From positions 2,334 to 66,333 of the forward strand of contig JAGAUT010000034.1 of assembly GCA_017620655.1 (NCBI GenBank): a stretch of DNA of 64,000 nt, read 5' to 3'. Positions 47,661-58,449 of this stretch are shown here, piece after piece. The stretch's first letter is position 1; the number at the start of each line of letters is the position of its first letter. Origin of the DNA: Clostridia bacterium (GTDB lineage Bacteria; Bacillota; Clostridia; Oscillospirales; CAG-382). A program made the translations under genes and the position numbers. Under the pieces are notes generated by a model. It did no database searches, was not told the DNA's origin, and worked only from the letters and a program-made list of their open reading frames with translations.

Positions 47661-49037
47661 CTATTTACCTACACAGAAATGTGCAAATATATTATTTACT
47701 ATTTCCTCAGACACCTGTCTGCCGTCGGCTTCGAGAAGCTCTCCGAGTGCCGATTCCATATCAAGGCAAGCTGTGTCGGGTGTGAGCGCTTCAAGTGCTA
47801 CGAGCGCCTTATCAATGTCAGATACCGCTTTTGTAAGTGCAGAGTGCTGACGGGCATTTGCAAGAATTTCGCCCCCCATGGCTGAATCAACATCGGGATA
47901 GAATGCTTTTACGGCATCCTCTATTCTTTCCATGCCGTCACCGCTTTTTGCACTGACAGAAACGATTTTGTCAAAGCCGAGGTTTTTGAAATACTCCTCG
48001 TGATTTTGCGATGTATTCTTATCGCACTTATTGAGTACGACAATGACGTTTTTATCTTCTTTTGCATCGACAAGAAGCTTTGCTATTTCTTCTTCATCTT
48101 TTCCCACGTTCTCGCTGACATCAAACACACCGAAAACAAGGCTTGAATCATCAAGTGCAGCTTTTGAGCGTTCAACACCGATTTTTTCGACTGTATCATC
48201 CGTTTCGTGAAGTCCTGCCGTATCAGAAAGGCACAGCTTTATTCCGCCGACAATTACGCTTTCGGTTACAACATCTCGTGTCGTGCCTGCAATATCGGTA
48301 ACTATCGCCCTGTCAAAGCCGAGAAGTGCATTGAGAAGCGAACTTTTGCCTGTATTGGGAAGTCCGACTATTGCACTCTTGACACCCTCTGTAATTGCGA
48401 GACCCGTCGAGTAGCTGTTTGTCAGCTTTTGAAGCTTCTTTTTTATTGTAAGTAATCTTTCTTTCAGTTGGTCTTCGGGAATATCCGTCATATCCTCATC
48501 GGGATAATCTATATAAGCATAGAGTGAGGCAAGAAGGTGTGTTATTTCATCGGCTTGCTCTCTGACAAGTTTTCCTACGCTTCCCGAAAGCTGTGCCGAG
48601 AACAGCTTATGTGCCGTGGTACTTTCGGCATCAATAAGCTCGCCCACCGCCTCTGCCTGAGTTAAATCAAGCTTGCCGTTGACAAAGGCACGTTTTGTAT
48701 ATTCGCCGGGTAAGGCGTGCTCTGCACCGCTTTCAAAAAGTGCCGTGAGTATAAGGCTTACACCGACAGGACTGCCGTGACAGCTTATTTCAACCGTATT
48801 CTCACCTGTATAGGAATGAGGTGCACGGAAAACCGTAGCAAGTCCCGTATCAATCCGCACTCCGTCGCTGCCGACGATTTCACCGTAGATTTGCATATTG
48901 CTTTGTGCATCACAAAGCTTTGTCTTGAAAGGCTTGAAAACCTTTGATGCAATTTCGATGCAGTCGTCACCCGACAGTCTTATTACGGCGATACCGCCTT
49001 TTCCGCCTGCAGTTGCCAGCGCTGCTATTGTGTGCAT
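47661..49037 (-). CDS. mnmE: tRNA modification GTPase MnmE
   Basis: GLPNTGKSS, GTTRD, DTAG, NKCD, C-terminal FCVGK. Confidence 0.97.
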   Translation of the reverse strand: MHTIAALATAGGKGGIAVIRLSGDDCIEIASKVFKPFKTKLCDAQSNMQIYGEIVGSDGVRIDTGLATVFRAPHSYTGENTVEISCHGSPVGVSLILTALFESGAEHALPGEYTKRAFVNGKLDLTQAEAVGELIDAESTTAHKLFSAQLSGSVGKLVREQADEITHLLASLYAYIDYPDEDMTDIPEDQLKERLLTIKKKLQKLTNSYSTGLAITEGVKSAIVGLPNTGKSSLLNALLGFDRAIVTDIAGTTRDVVTESVIVGGIKLCLSDTAGLHETDDTVEKIGVERSKAALDDSSLVFGVFDVSENVGKDEEEIAKLLVDAKEDKNVIVVLNKCDKNTSQNHEEYFKNLGFDKIVSVSAKSGDGMERIEDAVKAFYPDVDSAMGGEILANARQHSALTKAVSDIDKALVALEALTPDTACLDMESALGELLEADGRQVSEEIVNNIFAHFCVGK

Positions 49038-49185
49038 AAGGTTTTCTTCCCCCTACTTTCTTAAGGAGAAAGTAGGCAAAGACCTTTCAAATCCGTCTAC
49101 TTTCTGCCATAGTTTTAAATCATTTCTTTTGTGCTCGATTGTAGTTTCATTTTGATGCCACAAGGCAGGCATCAAAATGAGTTCA

Positions 49186-51270
49186 TCAGATATCTGCTAA
49201 ATCAATATAATCTGCGCCGTATCTTGCAATATAGTCTTTTCTTGCCGCAAGGTCATCACCGAGAAGTGTATTGAACATGATATATGTTGCCTGTTCATCA
49301 TCGGGTGTAACTCTGATAAGTCTTCGGCTTGCAGGATTCATGGTGGTTTTATTCATCATATCAGGTTCATTTTCACCAAGACCCTTTGAACGCTGGATTG
49401 TATACTTTTCGCCTTCGATTTCTTTGAGAATTTGTGCCTTTTCGGCTTCATTATAGGCAAATCTGATACCCGACTTTGATGTAATTTCATAAAGGGGTGA
49501 TTCTGCAATATAGACCTTGCCCATCTTTATAAGTGTGGGAAGAAGTCTATAGAATATTGTAAGAATCAGAGTTCTTATCTGATAACCGTCCTCATCCGCA
49601 TCGGTACAGATAATGATTTTACTCCACTTTAAGGAATCGGGGTCAAAGTCATTAAGCTTTCCTGCCTTACTCTTACCCATTTCAACGCCGCAGCCGATAA
49701 CCTTAAGAAGGTCTACGATAATATCGCTCTTGAAAATTCTGTCATATCCCGACTTTAAGCAGTTAAGAGTCTTACCTCTTACAGGCATGATAGCCTGAAA
49801 ATCAGGGTCACGTGCAAGCATACAGGACGATTTTGCCGAGTCGCCTTCCACGATGAAAAGCTCACGCTTATCTGCGTTTTTGCTTCTGCAGTCGGCAAAT
49901 TTTTCAACTCTGTTTACAATATCAATTTTAGCCGACAGCTTCTTTTTAATATTTACTCTTGTGCTTTCGGCATTCTCACGGCTTCTCTTATTGACAAGCA
50001 CCTGCTGCGCGCACTTTTCTGCCTGCTTGGGATTTTCGGCAAAGAAAACCTCAAGGGAATGCAGGAAGAACTGTGTCATTGCCTCGGTTATAAATGTATT
50101 GGTAATCGCCTTCTTGGTCTGGTTTTCGTAGCTTGTTCTTGTGGAGTGTGAGTTTACAACAAGCACAAGGCAGTCTTCAACGTCGCCGAAGGTGATTTTG
50201 CTTTCGTTTTTATTATATTTATTATTATTTTTAAGATAGGTATCAAACGCCTTTACAAAGGCACTCTTTGCCGCTTTATCGGGCGAGCCGCCGTGTTCAA
50301 GGTAGGATGAGTTATGATAGTATTCAATCTTATTTACTGCATTTGAGAAGCAGAATACCGCTTCAACCTTGAGTTTATACTCAGGCTTATCCTCTCTGTC
50401 TCTACCCTGACGTTCTGTCTGGAAATATGCAGGGGTTGAAAGGGCAAGTGTTCTTGATGTGTCGCCGTCTTTTTCCTCTGCAGCTTCTTCTGTATTTTCT
50501 TCGCCGTCTGTTTCTTCATCCTTTTCTTCGGAGGAAGGAACAATATCTCCAACGCTGATAAGCTCGTTTACATAGTCAACAATACCGTTTTTGTAAAGGT
50601 ATTCTTTCTTTGTATGCTTGCCGTCCTCATGTTCATAGTCAAGGCTGAGGGTAAGACCTGCGTTAACGATAGCCTGCTTTTTAAGCACTTCCTCGAAATA
50701 TTCAAGGGGAATGTTAATGTCGGTAAATACGTCAAGGTCAGGCTTCCACTCAACAACAGTACCCGTTCTTCGGCGGACAGGGTCTTCTTTTATTAGTTCA
50801 CTTGTAGGCAGACCTTTTGCAAAGGAAATGGAGTTTTTGCCCTGCTTGGTGTAGCTTGTTACGTTCATAAACTCCGAGCTGCACTGGGTAGCACAGGCAC
50901 CGAGACCGTTAAGACCGAGGGAGTATTCGTATGCTTCACCCTCGTCATTATCGTACTTACCTCCGGCGTAAAGCTCGCAGTAAACAAGGTCCCAGTTATA
51001 TCTCTGTTCCTTTTCGTTCCAGTCAAGGGGTACACCTCGTCCGAAGTCCTCGACAATAAGCGTTTTATCCTTTTTACATGTGATATTTATGAGATTTCCG
51101 TAGCCTTCTCTTGCTTCGTCAATCGCATTTGAAAGTATTTCAAAAAAGGAATGCTCACAGCCCTCAAGACCGTCCGAGCCGAATATTACCGCAGGTCTTT
51201 TTCTGACCTTATCCGGACCTTTAAGTGATGAAATACTCTGATTGCCGTACTCTCCTGCTTTTTTAGCCAT
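49186..51270 (-). CDS. Type IIA topoisomerase subunit B (GyrB/ParE-like)
   Basis: EILSNAIDE, GRGVP, LNGLGAC, Toprim FIVEGDSA, IICTDADEDG, QRSKGLGE. Confidence 0.92.
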   Translation of the reverse strand: MAKKAGEYGNQSISSLKGPDKVRKRPAVIFGSDGLEGCEHSFFEILSNAIDEAREGYGNLINITCKKDKTLIVEDFGRGVPLDWNEKEQRYNWDLVYCELYAGGKYDNDEGEAYEYSLGLNGLGACATQCSSEFMNVTSYTKQGKNSISFAKGLPTSELIKEDPVRRRTGTVVEWKPDLDVFTDINIPLEYFEEVLKKQAIVNAGLTLSLDYEHEDGKHTKKEYLYKNGIVDYVNELISVGDIVPSSEEKDEETDGEENTEEAAEEKDGDTSRTLALSTPAYFQTERQGRDREDKPEYKLKVEAVFCFSNAVNKIEYYHNSSYLEHGGSPDKAAKSAFVKAFDTYLKNNNKYNKNESKITFGDVEDCLVLVVNSHSTRTSYENQTKKAITNTFITEAMTQFFLHSLEVFFAENPKQAEKCAQQVLVNKRSRENAESTRVNIKKKLSAKIDIVNRVEKFADCRSKNADKRELFIVEGDSAKSSCMLARDPDFQAIMPVRGKTLNCLKSGYDRIFKSDIIVDLLKVIGCGVEMGKSKAGKLNDFDPDSLKWSKIIICTDADEDGYQIRTLILTIFYRLLPTLIKMGKVYIAESPLYEITSKSGIRFAYNEAEKAQILKEIEGEKYTIQRSKGLGENEPDMMNKTTMNPASRRLIRVTPDDEQATYIMFNTLLGDDLAARKDYIARYGADYIDLADI

Positions 51271-51313
51271 TATTAGATGTCTCCTGATGTTAGATTTATT
51301 TGCGGACCTCCGC

Positions 51314-51337
51314 AATTCCTAATTCCTAATTCCTAAT
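51314..51337. repeat. Heptamer tandem repeat (AATTCCT)3
   Basis: Abuts the rsgA stop; one substitution away from the 45768 unit. Confidence 0.85.
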
Positions 51338-52243
51338 TCAATTGTCCCAAGGCTTTACATCCTTGAGTTCATTAAAGAGTGTTTTATAGCTTTGGTGTCT
51401 TGACGGTGAAATTTTCCCGTCTTCGAGTGCCGCCATTACATTACAGCCGTCCTCACACACATGGGTACATTTTTTATACTTACAATCGAAGGCAAATTTT
51501 TCAATATCCGGGAACGCCGACAGAAGCGACTCCGAATCCAGCATATTGAAACCCACAACGTCGAAGCTGCTGAAGCCGGGGGTGTCGCCTACATATGTAT
51601 TTTCGCCCATTTTGAAGAGGGTTGTCACTCTCGTTGTGTGCTTGCCTCGCAAAATCTTTTTGCTTATCTCCCCTGTTTCAAGGCTAAGTTCGGGGTACAC
51701 CGCATTAAGTACGCTGGATTTTCCAACTCCCGATGCTCCCGTAAAAAAGCAGATTTTGTTTTTGGCTTCATTTCGGATTTGCTCTATACCGTTTTCGTAT
51801 CCGTCTGTACTTGTGGCACACATGGGCACAACCTTGAAGCCTGCCTTTGTGTAGATTCTGCTTATCTCATCACTGTCACCGATATCGTCTTTGTTGACTA
51901 TAAGCAGAACTTCAATTCCATTATGTTTTGCAACTGCGCACAGTTTATCGAGGATAAACAAATCGGGGTCAGGGTTCTTTGCCGCAATTACAACGCAGAG
52001 CAAGTCCACATTTGCAACAGCAGGGCGTATAAGGCTGTTTTTGCGTTCATGTATCTTTGTAATAAAGCCTTCCTTGCCTGAATAGGCTTCAAATGTCACC
52101 CTGTCACCTGCAAGAGGCGTAATTTTACTGTGTCTGAATGCACCCTTGGCACGGCAATCTTCGGTAGTGCCGTCTTTTTTTTCAACGGTATAAAGACCGC
52201 CTGTACTTTTGATGATTATTCCTTCAAAAGAAGTGTTTTCCAA
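51338..52243 (-). CDS. rsgA: Ribosome small subunit-dependent GTPase A
   Basis: NKDD, GASGVGKSS, GKHTT, DTPGF, Zn knuckle CKYKKCTHVCEDGC. Confidence 0.96.
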   Translation of the reverse strand: MENTSFEGIIIKSTGGLYTVEKKDGTTEDCRAKGAFRHSKITPLAGDRVTFEAYSGKEGFITKIHERKNSLIRPAVANVDLLCVVIAAKNPDPDLFILDKLCAVAKHNGIEVLLIVNKDDIGDSDEISRIYTKAGFKVVPMCATSTDGYENGIEQIRNEAKNKICFFTGASGVGKSSVLNAVYPELSLETGEISKKILRGKHTTRVTTLFKMGENTYVGDTPGFSSFDVVGFNMLDSESLLSAFPDIEKFAFDCKYKKCTHVCEDGCNVMAALEDGKISPSRHQSYKTLFNELKDVKPWDN

Positions 52244-52267
52244 AGCTTTTCTCCGTTTTCATTTAGT

Positions 52268-54559
52268 TTACTGTCTGCCTGCCATGTCGAGAAGCTCATC
52301 CATGTTGGATGTATCCTCGGAATCCTCCGAGGCGTCATTATTTCCGCCCTCATCATCGGCAAGAGAGCCGTTACTTACCATAAGTACAATTTCTGTATCT
52401 TGGCTGATTATTGCACCAACCGAATAATTGGCATACAGAACGGTGTTTCTCTTGGCACTGCTGTCAACATAATCTGTTGAGATGTTGCCAAAGCCTGCAT
52501 TGTCAAGGAGTATTCCCGCTTCGCTGAGGGGCTTTCCTTCAACATAGGGCATTTCCGCATCCTTCGGCTGTCTTCCGCGGCTGACATAAACAACAAAGCT
52601 TGTTTCTGCAGGGTTAAGTACCATGGTTTCTGCCGCAGGTTCTGTGGCAAAAACCTTATCCTTGGCAACGTTATCGTTATATTCTTCGACAACAGCGATT
52701 CTGTCCTCTGATATTCTGAAGCGTGAAGCAATCTTCACAATGGCACTGTTCTTGTTTGTGCCGATACAGTCGGGCATTATAAAGGACTCGCTTCTGTTCT
52801 TTTCGCTGACATAGACTATTACCTCTACATCGTTCATGAACTTTTCGCCCTCTTCAACGCTTGTTCTGAGAACCGTATTTGAGGGAGCATCGCTGTACTC
52901 GCGAGTTTCTGTATAAGTTATCTTGTTTTCTTTGAGAATGGAATATGCTTCGTCTTTGGGAAGTCCAACAACCGACGGCATTACCACTTCTTCCGGTTCG
53001 ACACCGTTACATATATAAAGCTTGATTGCAGGAATATTTTCAAGGTCAATTGGAGTTCCCGGTGAGGGCTGACATTCAAAAACATTTCCCTTTGTGCCTT
53101 CTCTGAAAACTTCCGTTTCCTTAATATCTGCTGCAGCAACTGCACCGCCGAAAGCATCGACGATCATTGCCTTGGCATCCTCTATGCTCATGTCAAGACA
53201 GTCCGGCATTTTGATGTAGGAGCCGGGAATTCTGTTGACGTAAAGAGTAAGAGTTCTTCTCGAGCCGAGAAGGGGGTTCTTGATTTCGGGTGTGGTCTCG
53301 GGGTCGGGATCCTGACGGATAATCATATTGTTAGGCTTGCTTCTGTCCTCGTCATCCTTTATTACAACCCTGTAGCCCTTTTCCTCAAGACCGCTTTTCA
53401 GTTCTTCCGTATACATCTCGCCAATGCAGTTTGCAAGGGGAACATTGTTTTTATCGCTGTTGTTTTCTTCTACATTGAATATCTTGTCAAGGGCACCTGC
53501 AAAGCCGTCGTCAAAGCTGACGCCCGACGAAACAAGAAGAACAATCCCCACAATGATACATACAACTATGAATGCCGCAGTAACGCCGAGAATTATTGGG
53601 AACATGGACTTTCTTTCATTTTCCTCGTCCTCGTCGTCCTTAGGATGTCTTCCTACAAGCGTTCCTGCGGAGTTTCCTCCGACAGATGTAGGAACCCCCG
53701 TAAACACAACTGCAGGATTCTTTGTAAAATATTCAAGTGCCTTTTCCATGGACGAAGCACAGCCGAATCTTTCCTCGGGTGATTTATTCATGGATTTAAG
53801 AACTATCTGTTCAAGACCTACAGGTATCTGGGGATTGATTTCCCTCGGACTTACCGGCTCTTCAGAGACCTGCATCATCGCAACAGCAACAGGGCTGTCC
53901 GCCTTGAAGGGAAGCGTGCCTGTCAGCATTTCATAAAGCATGACACCAACAGAATACAGGTCGCTCTTTTCGTCAACCTTGCCGCCGCTTGCCTGCTCGG
54001 GGCTTATATAGTTGACCGTACCGATAGCCTTATCCGTCATGGTAAGAGGCTCGGATGTAGGAGTCTTGGCAATACCGAAATCCGTAACCTTAACCTTACC
54101 GTCACGAAGCAGCATTATGTTCTGCGGCTTGATGTCACGGTGGATTATTCCCTTTTCGTGGGCATGGGACAAAGCCTTGAGTATCTGGCGTACATAGTGT
54201 ACAGCCTCTTTCCAACCGAGTGCTCCAACCTTGTCGATATAGTCTTTAAGGGTTATACCGTCAATAAATTCCATGACGATATAGTTGAGATTATCGGAAA
54301 TTGCAATGTCGAAAATCTTGACAATATAAGGCGAATCCACCATTTTTACTGCTTCCGATTCATTGACAAAACGCTTTACCGCATTCTCGTCACCGTTATA
54401 TTCTTCGTTAAGTATCTTAATGGCAACGGTTTTGTTGTCATCCTTTAAATCTGTAGCTTTAAGAACATACGCCATGCCGCCTATGCCGACAACGTTTTCT
54501 ATTTTATATCTTCCGTCAAGTACTCTGTTTATAAGCTTTTCAAAAGAATTGTCCATCAT
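52268..54559 (-). CDS. pknB: Ser/Thr protein kinase with PASTA repeats
   Basis: VAIKIL, HRDIKPQN, DFGIA, TM, about five PASTA units. Confidence 0.95.
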   Translation of the reverse strand: MMDNSFEKLINRVLDGRYKIENVVGIGGMAYVLKATDLKDDNKTVAIKILNEEYNGDENAVKRFVNESEAVKMVDSPYIVKIFDIAISDNLNYIVMEFIDGITLKDYIDKVGALGWKEAVHYVRQILKALSHAHEKGIIHRDIKPQNIMLLRDGKVKVTDFGIAKTPTSEPLTMTDKAIGTVNYISPEQASGGKVDEKSDLYSVGVMLYEMLTGTLPFKADSPVAVAMMQVSEEPVSPREINPQIPVGLEQIVLKSMNKSPEERFGCASSMEKALEYFTKNPAVVFTGVPTSVGGNSAGTLVGRHPKDDEDEENERKSMFPIILGVTAAFIVVCIIVGIVLLVSSGVSFDDGFAGALDKIFNVEENNSDKNNVPLANCIGEMYTEELKSGLEEKGYRVVIKDDEDRSKPNNMIIRQDPDPETTPEIKNPLLGSRRTLTLYVNRIPGSYIKMPDCLDMSIEDAKAMIVDAFGGAVAAADIKETEVFREGTKGNVFECQPSPGTPIDLENIPAIKLYICNGVEPEEVVMPSVVGLPKDEAYSILKENKITYTETREYSDAPSNTVLRTSVEEGEKFMNDVEVIVYVSEKNRSESFIMPDCIGTNKNSAIVKIASRFRISEDRIAVVEEYNDNVAKDKVFATEPAAETMVLNPAETSFVVYVSRGRQPKDAEMPYVEGKPLSEAGILLDNAGFGNISTDYVDSSAKRNTVLYANYSVGAIISQDTEIVLMVSNGSLADDEGGNNDASEDSEDTSNMDELLDMAGRQ

Positions 54560-54578
54560 TCTAATCCTTTCAGAACTA

Positions 54579-55316
54579 TTACTGTTTCTTATGAATTACT
54601 ACCGTTATGTTATCCGGTCCGCCTGACTCGTTTGCAAGTTTTATGAGCTTTTCGCAGACTTCTTCGGTGTTATCATCGCCAAAGACTGTGTTTGCGATTA
54701 CGTCTTCTTCAACATATCCGCAAAGACCGTCTGAGCAAAGAAGGATTCCGTCAAGAGATGCATCTGAAAGCCTGCAAACATCGCCTGCAATGCCCTTTTC
54801 TATGCCAACAGCTCTTGTGATAATATTGCGGTTGGGATGTACCCTTGCCTCGTCCTTTGTTATGCTTCCACCGTCAACCAGCGTCTGCACAAAGGAATGG
54901 TCATGAGAAATCTGCCTGAGTTTGCCTGCCGACAGAGCGTAAATTCTGCTGTCTCCCACCCATATGCAATAGTAACTTTCGCCATCATATAAGGCAGAAA
55001 CAAGTGTTGTTCCCATGCCCTCAAGCTCTCTTGAGGAGCAAGCCTTTGCACACACCGCCTTGTTCGCCTCGTCGAGGGCGTTTTCAAGGACAGCGAGATA
55101 TTCGTCTTTATTCTTAGCAATCAGGTGCGACTTCACATATTCGGAGAAAGTTCCCGTCGCAATGCTGCTTGCTTCGCTTCCGCCTGCAGCACCGCCCATA
55201 CCATCGCAAACTACCATAAGCAAAAGTCCATTATCAAGCTCGCTTACGGTAAAATAATCCTGATTTGTATTTCGCTTCAAACCTATGTCAGTTTTTCCGC
55301 AATAATTGATTCCCAT
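54579..55316 (-). CDS. stp: PP2C-type Ser/Thr phosphatase (Stp1/PrpC)
   Basis: NQDY, VCDGMGG, GMGTT, VGDSR, LCSDGL, GGPDNIT. Confidence 0.95.
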   Translation of the reverse strand: MGINYCGKTDIGLKRNTNQDYFTVSELDNGLLLMVVCDGMGGAAGGSEASSIATGTFSEYVKSHLIAKNKDEYLAVLENALDEANKAVCAKACSSRELEGMGTTLVSALYDGESYYCIWVGDSRIYALSAGKLRQISHDHSFVQTLVDGGSITKDEARVHPNRNIITRAVGIEKGIAGDVCRLSDASLDGILLCSDGLCGYVEEDVIANTVFGDDNTEEVCEKLIKLANESGGPDNITVVIHKKQ

Positions 55317-55352
55317 TTCTATCACTCCCATACAGGGAAAATTCCAATGTCT

Positions 55353-56414
55353 TTATTTCTTTTCGTTTTCGGCTCTCAGCTGTCCGCAGGAAGCGTTGAT
55401 ATCGCTTCCGAGCCTGCGTCTTACCGTTGCCGTTATATGCTTCTTTTCAAGGATTTTTACAAAGTCATCAATTGCCTTTTTACTGCTCTTTGTGTAGTTT
55501 CTTTCCTTAACATCATTAAGTGGAATGAGATTTACATGGCAAATCATTCCCGAAAGGAGATTTCCCAGCCTTTCCGCATGGGCATGAGTATCATTTTCCC
55601 CTGCTATCATGGCATATTCAAAGGAAATCCTGCGTCCCGTCTTTTCTATGTAGTATCTACAGGACGAAATCAACTCGTCAAGGTCATACTTTCTCGCCAC
55701 GGGCATAAGCTTTCTTCGTGTTTCTGCGTCGCTTGCATGAAGCGAAAGCGAGAGGGTTATCTGCTTCTTCTCATCTGCAAGCTGTCTTATTTTATCACAA
55801 AGACCGCAGGTTGAAAGGCTGATATGTCTGTGACCTATATTCAGCCCCTTTTCATCGTTGACAAGCTCTAAGAATTTCATTACGTTATCGTAATTGTCAA
55901 GAGGCTCGCCTATGCCCATCATAACAATGTTGGACACCTTTTCGCCCATATCCTTCTGCGCCGCAACCACCTGTCCGAGAATTTCGGAAGGAGTAAGGTT
56001 TCGGGTAAGTCCCGTAAGGGTTGATGCACAAAATGAGCATCCCATACGGCAGCCGACCTGAGTTGAAACGCAAAGGGTATTGCCGTGTTCGTATCTCATG
56101 AATACGCTCTCGATAAACTCACCGTCATGAAGTCTGAAAAGATACTTTACCGTACCGTCAATCTTTGACACGAGCTTCTTTTCAACTCTCGGCAGAGTTA
56201 TAAAGCAGTATTCGTCGAGAACAGCCTTTATATTCTTTGGAACATTTAGCATCTCCTCAAAGCTATACACGCCGCGAGTCAACCAGCCGTAAATCTGTGC
56301 ACTTCTGAATTTTTCAATTTTCACGCCCGATTTTTCGGAAATCTCACGAAGTTTCTCCGTCAGTTCCTCCAAATTAAGGCTTGCCAAATCAATTCTTTCC
56401 AATATTATACTCAC
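55353..56414 (-). CDS. rlmN: Dual-specificity RNA methyltransferase RlmN
   Basis: Radical SAM CRMGCSFC, MGIGEP, ASCGQL. Confidence 0.96.
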   Translation of the reverse strand: MSIILERIDLASLNLEELTEKLREISEKSGVKIEKFRSAQIYGWLTRGVYSFEEMLNVPKNIKAVLDEYCFITLPRVEKKLVSKIDGTVKYLFRLHDGEFIESVFMRYEHGNTLCVSTQVGCRMGCSFCASTLTGLTRNLTPSEILGQVVAAQKDMGEKVSNIVMMGIGEPLDNYDNVMKFLELVNDEKGLNIGHRHISLSTCGLCDKIRQLADEKKQITLSLSLHASDAETRRKLMPVARKYDLDELISSCRYYIEKTGRRISFEYAMIAGENDTHAHAERLGNLLSGMICHVNLIPLNDVKERNYTKSSKKAIDDFVKILEKKHITATVRRRLGSDINASCGQLRAENEKK

Positions 56415-57736
56415 TTTTTCTTTCTGAGCTTTGCCGCAAAAAAGCCGTCTGTCCCCGTCTTATGCGGAAGGAATGTCACCATTCCGACATCGTCCCCGAA
56501 AATTCCCGTGGGACAAAGCTCAAAATCATCATTATTCTTTAAAAACTTTTCTATTACATCCTGATTTTCTGCTTTTCTCAAGGTACAGGTGGAGTAAACA
56601 ATAAATCCGCCGTCCTTTAAGTAATTCTTTGAAGCCTCAAGGATATCGTACTGCACCTCGGGAAGCTTCTCAATCTCTGCATATGTTTTATATCTTATGT
56701 CGGGCTTTTTGGCTATAACACCTAGTCCCGAACAAGGCACGTCACAAACAACCGCATCCGCCTTGCCGAAGAATTCTTCGATAGGCTTTCTGCCGTCACA
56801 CTCATGTGTTTCAATGCAGGTAATGCCAAGTCTTTCGGCACCGCTTCTTACGAGCCTCAGCCGGTTTTCATGCAAATCCATGGAGTGCATTTCCGCTTCG
56901 TTTCCGAGATTTATCGCCATGGAAAAGCTCTTTCCCCCGGGGCATGAGCAGGTATCGACTATAAAGGGTTTATCCGCCTTAACGCTCTGCTTGTTTACAA
57001 GTGACGAAACAATGGTAGAGGCAGGGTCCTGAACAAAGAACAATCCTTCGTTATAGCCATAAAGCTCTGTCACAACACATGACTTCGGAATCACAATACT
57101 TGTATTTCCGACGCACTTTGCATCAAGCTCCTCCGGAAGGTGCGAAAGAAGCTCCTCGGCACTTATCTTGAGAGTGTTTACTCTGAGGGCAACGCCCACC
57201 TTTACTCGGCTGAGTGCTTTTACAATCTTAGCACTCTCTCCGTAGTCCCTCTCCCACATTTTGCACAGCCATTCGGGAACGCTGTACTTGATACTGAGAC
57301 CGAATGAGCCTGTGAGATGCGAAATTTCATCAAGAATTGCCTTTTTTTCTCTTACTGCGCTTCTCATTATGCCGTTGACATAGCCTGCATAAGACTTCGG
57401 GCATGTTGTCTTGACAAGCTCCGTCGACTCATTGCACGCCGCAGAGTCAGGCACCTTATCCATAAAGAACACCTGATAAAGCCCTGTTTCGAGAATACAC
57501 AACACCAAAGGCTCTATTTTTTCAAACTTTACGCTCGACAGTCTTTTGATGACATAGTCAAGGGTTATTTTTCTCTCAACCGTTCCGTAGAAAAGTCTTG
57601 TAAAAAATGCCTTATCTTTATCCTCAAAGCCGTACTTTTTAATTGCTGCATCAAGCTCAAGATTTGAATATTTTCCGTTTTTTATACTTGAGTTAAGCGA
57701 CAGAACCGCCACTTTTCTCGGTGTCATTTCCTGCAT
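56411..57736 (-). CDS. rsmB: 16S rRNA m5C967 methyltransferase
   Basis: NusB-like N-domain, FVQD, DTCSCPGGK, DVPCSGLG, VYSTCT. Confidence 0.93.
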   Translation of the reverse strand: MQEMTPRKVAVLSLNSSIKNGKYSNLELDAAIKKYGFEDKDKAFFTRLFYGTVERKITLDYVIKRLSSVKFEKIEPLVLCILETGLYQVFFMDKVPDSAACNESTELVKTTCPKSYAGYVNGIMRSAVREKKAILDEISHLTGSFGLSIKYSVPEWLCKMWERDYGESAKIVKALSRVKVGVALRVNTLKISAEELLSHLPEELDAKCVGNTSIVIPKSCVVTELYGYNEGLFFVQDPASTIVSSLVNKQSVKADKPFIVDTCSCPGGKSFSMAINLGNEAEMHSMDLHENRLRLVRSGAERLGITCIETHECDGRKPIEEFFGKADAVVCDVPCSGLGVIAKKPDIRYKTYAEIEKLPEVQYDILEASKNYLKDGGFIVYSTCTLRKAENQDVIEKFLKNNDDFELCPTGIFGDDVGMVTFLPHKTGTDGFFAAKLRKKK

Positions 57737-57737
57737 A

Positions 57738-58436
57738 TCAGTCTCTTCTTCTTCCGTTCACTATAACAATGAGACGAAGCAGGTTTGCAAGGGCTGTGGC
57801 AAGAGCCGCAACATAGGTAAGAGCTGCCGCTGTCAGCACCTTCCTTGCCGCCTTTACATCTTCATCGGGCAAGCTTGCGTTTCTGAGAATCTTCAGTGCT
57901 CTGGAGGAGGCATTGAATTCCACCGGAAGCGTCACAAGCTGGAAAATCGTAGCCGTAGCAAAAGCAAGTATTCCGATATAGCAAAGAGGATAAAAGCTGA
58001 AAACAAGTCCTAAAAGAACGAGGGGCATTGCAAGGTTAGAGCCAAGATTGCATATGGGAATTATCGCCATTCTTATTTTTATGGGAAGATACCCTGTCGC
58101 ATGCTGAACCGCATGTCCCGCCTCATGTGCCGCAACCCCTATTGCCGCAGCGCTTCTCTGTCCGTCAACCGTATCCGAAAGTCTTATAACGTTTGCCTTG
58201 GGATCATAGTGGTCGGTAAGGTCGCCGTTTATGTGTTCGATTCTTATGTGATGGAGTCCGTATGCATTAAGGATATTTCTTACAACGTCATTTGCGGTGT
58301 AGCCCGACTTTGACATAACCTTTGCATACTTTTTATAGGTGGAGCTTACGTTTGCCGATGCCCACATTGCGAAAATCGCGCAGGGAATAACAAAAACGAT
58401 ATATGTCCACATTGCATCTGCACTATACCAGAACAT
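57738..58436 (-). CDS. Membrane zinc metallopeptidase (YugP-like)
   Basis: LTDHYDP, AAHEAGH, TLPVEFNASSRA. Confidence 0.92.
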   Translation of the reverse strand: MFWYSADAMWTYIVFVIPCAIFAMWASANVSSTYKKYAKVMSKSGYTANDVVRNILNAYGLHHIRIEHINGDLTDHYDPKANVIRLSDTVDGQRSAAAIGVAAHEAGHAVQHATGYLPIKIRMAIIPICNLGSNLAMPLVLLGLVFSFYPLCYIGILAFATATIFQLVTLPVEFNASSRALKILRNASLPDEDVKAARKVLTAAALTYVAALATALANLLRLIVIVNGRRRD

Positions 58437-58449
58437 CTATTTTCTCCTT

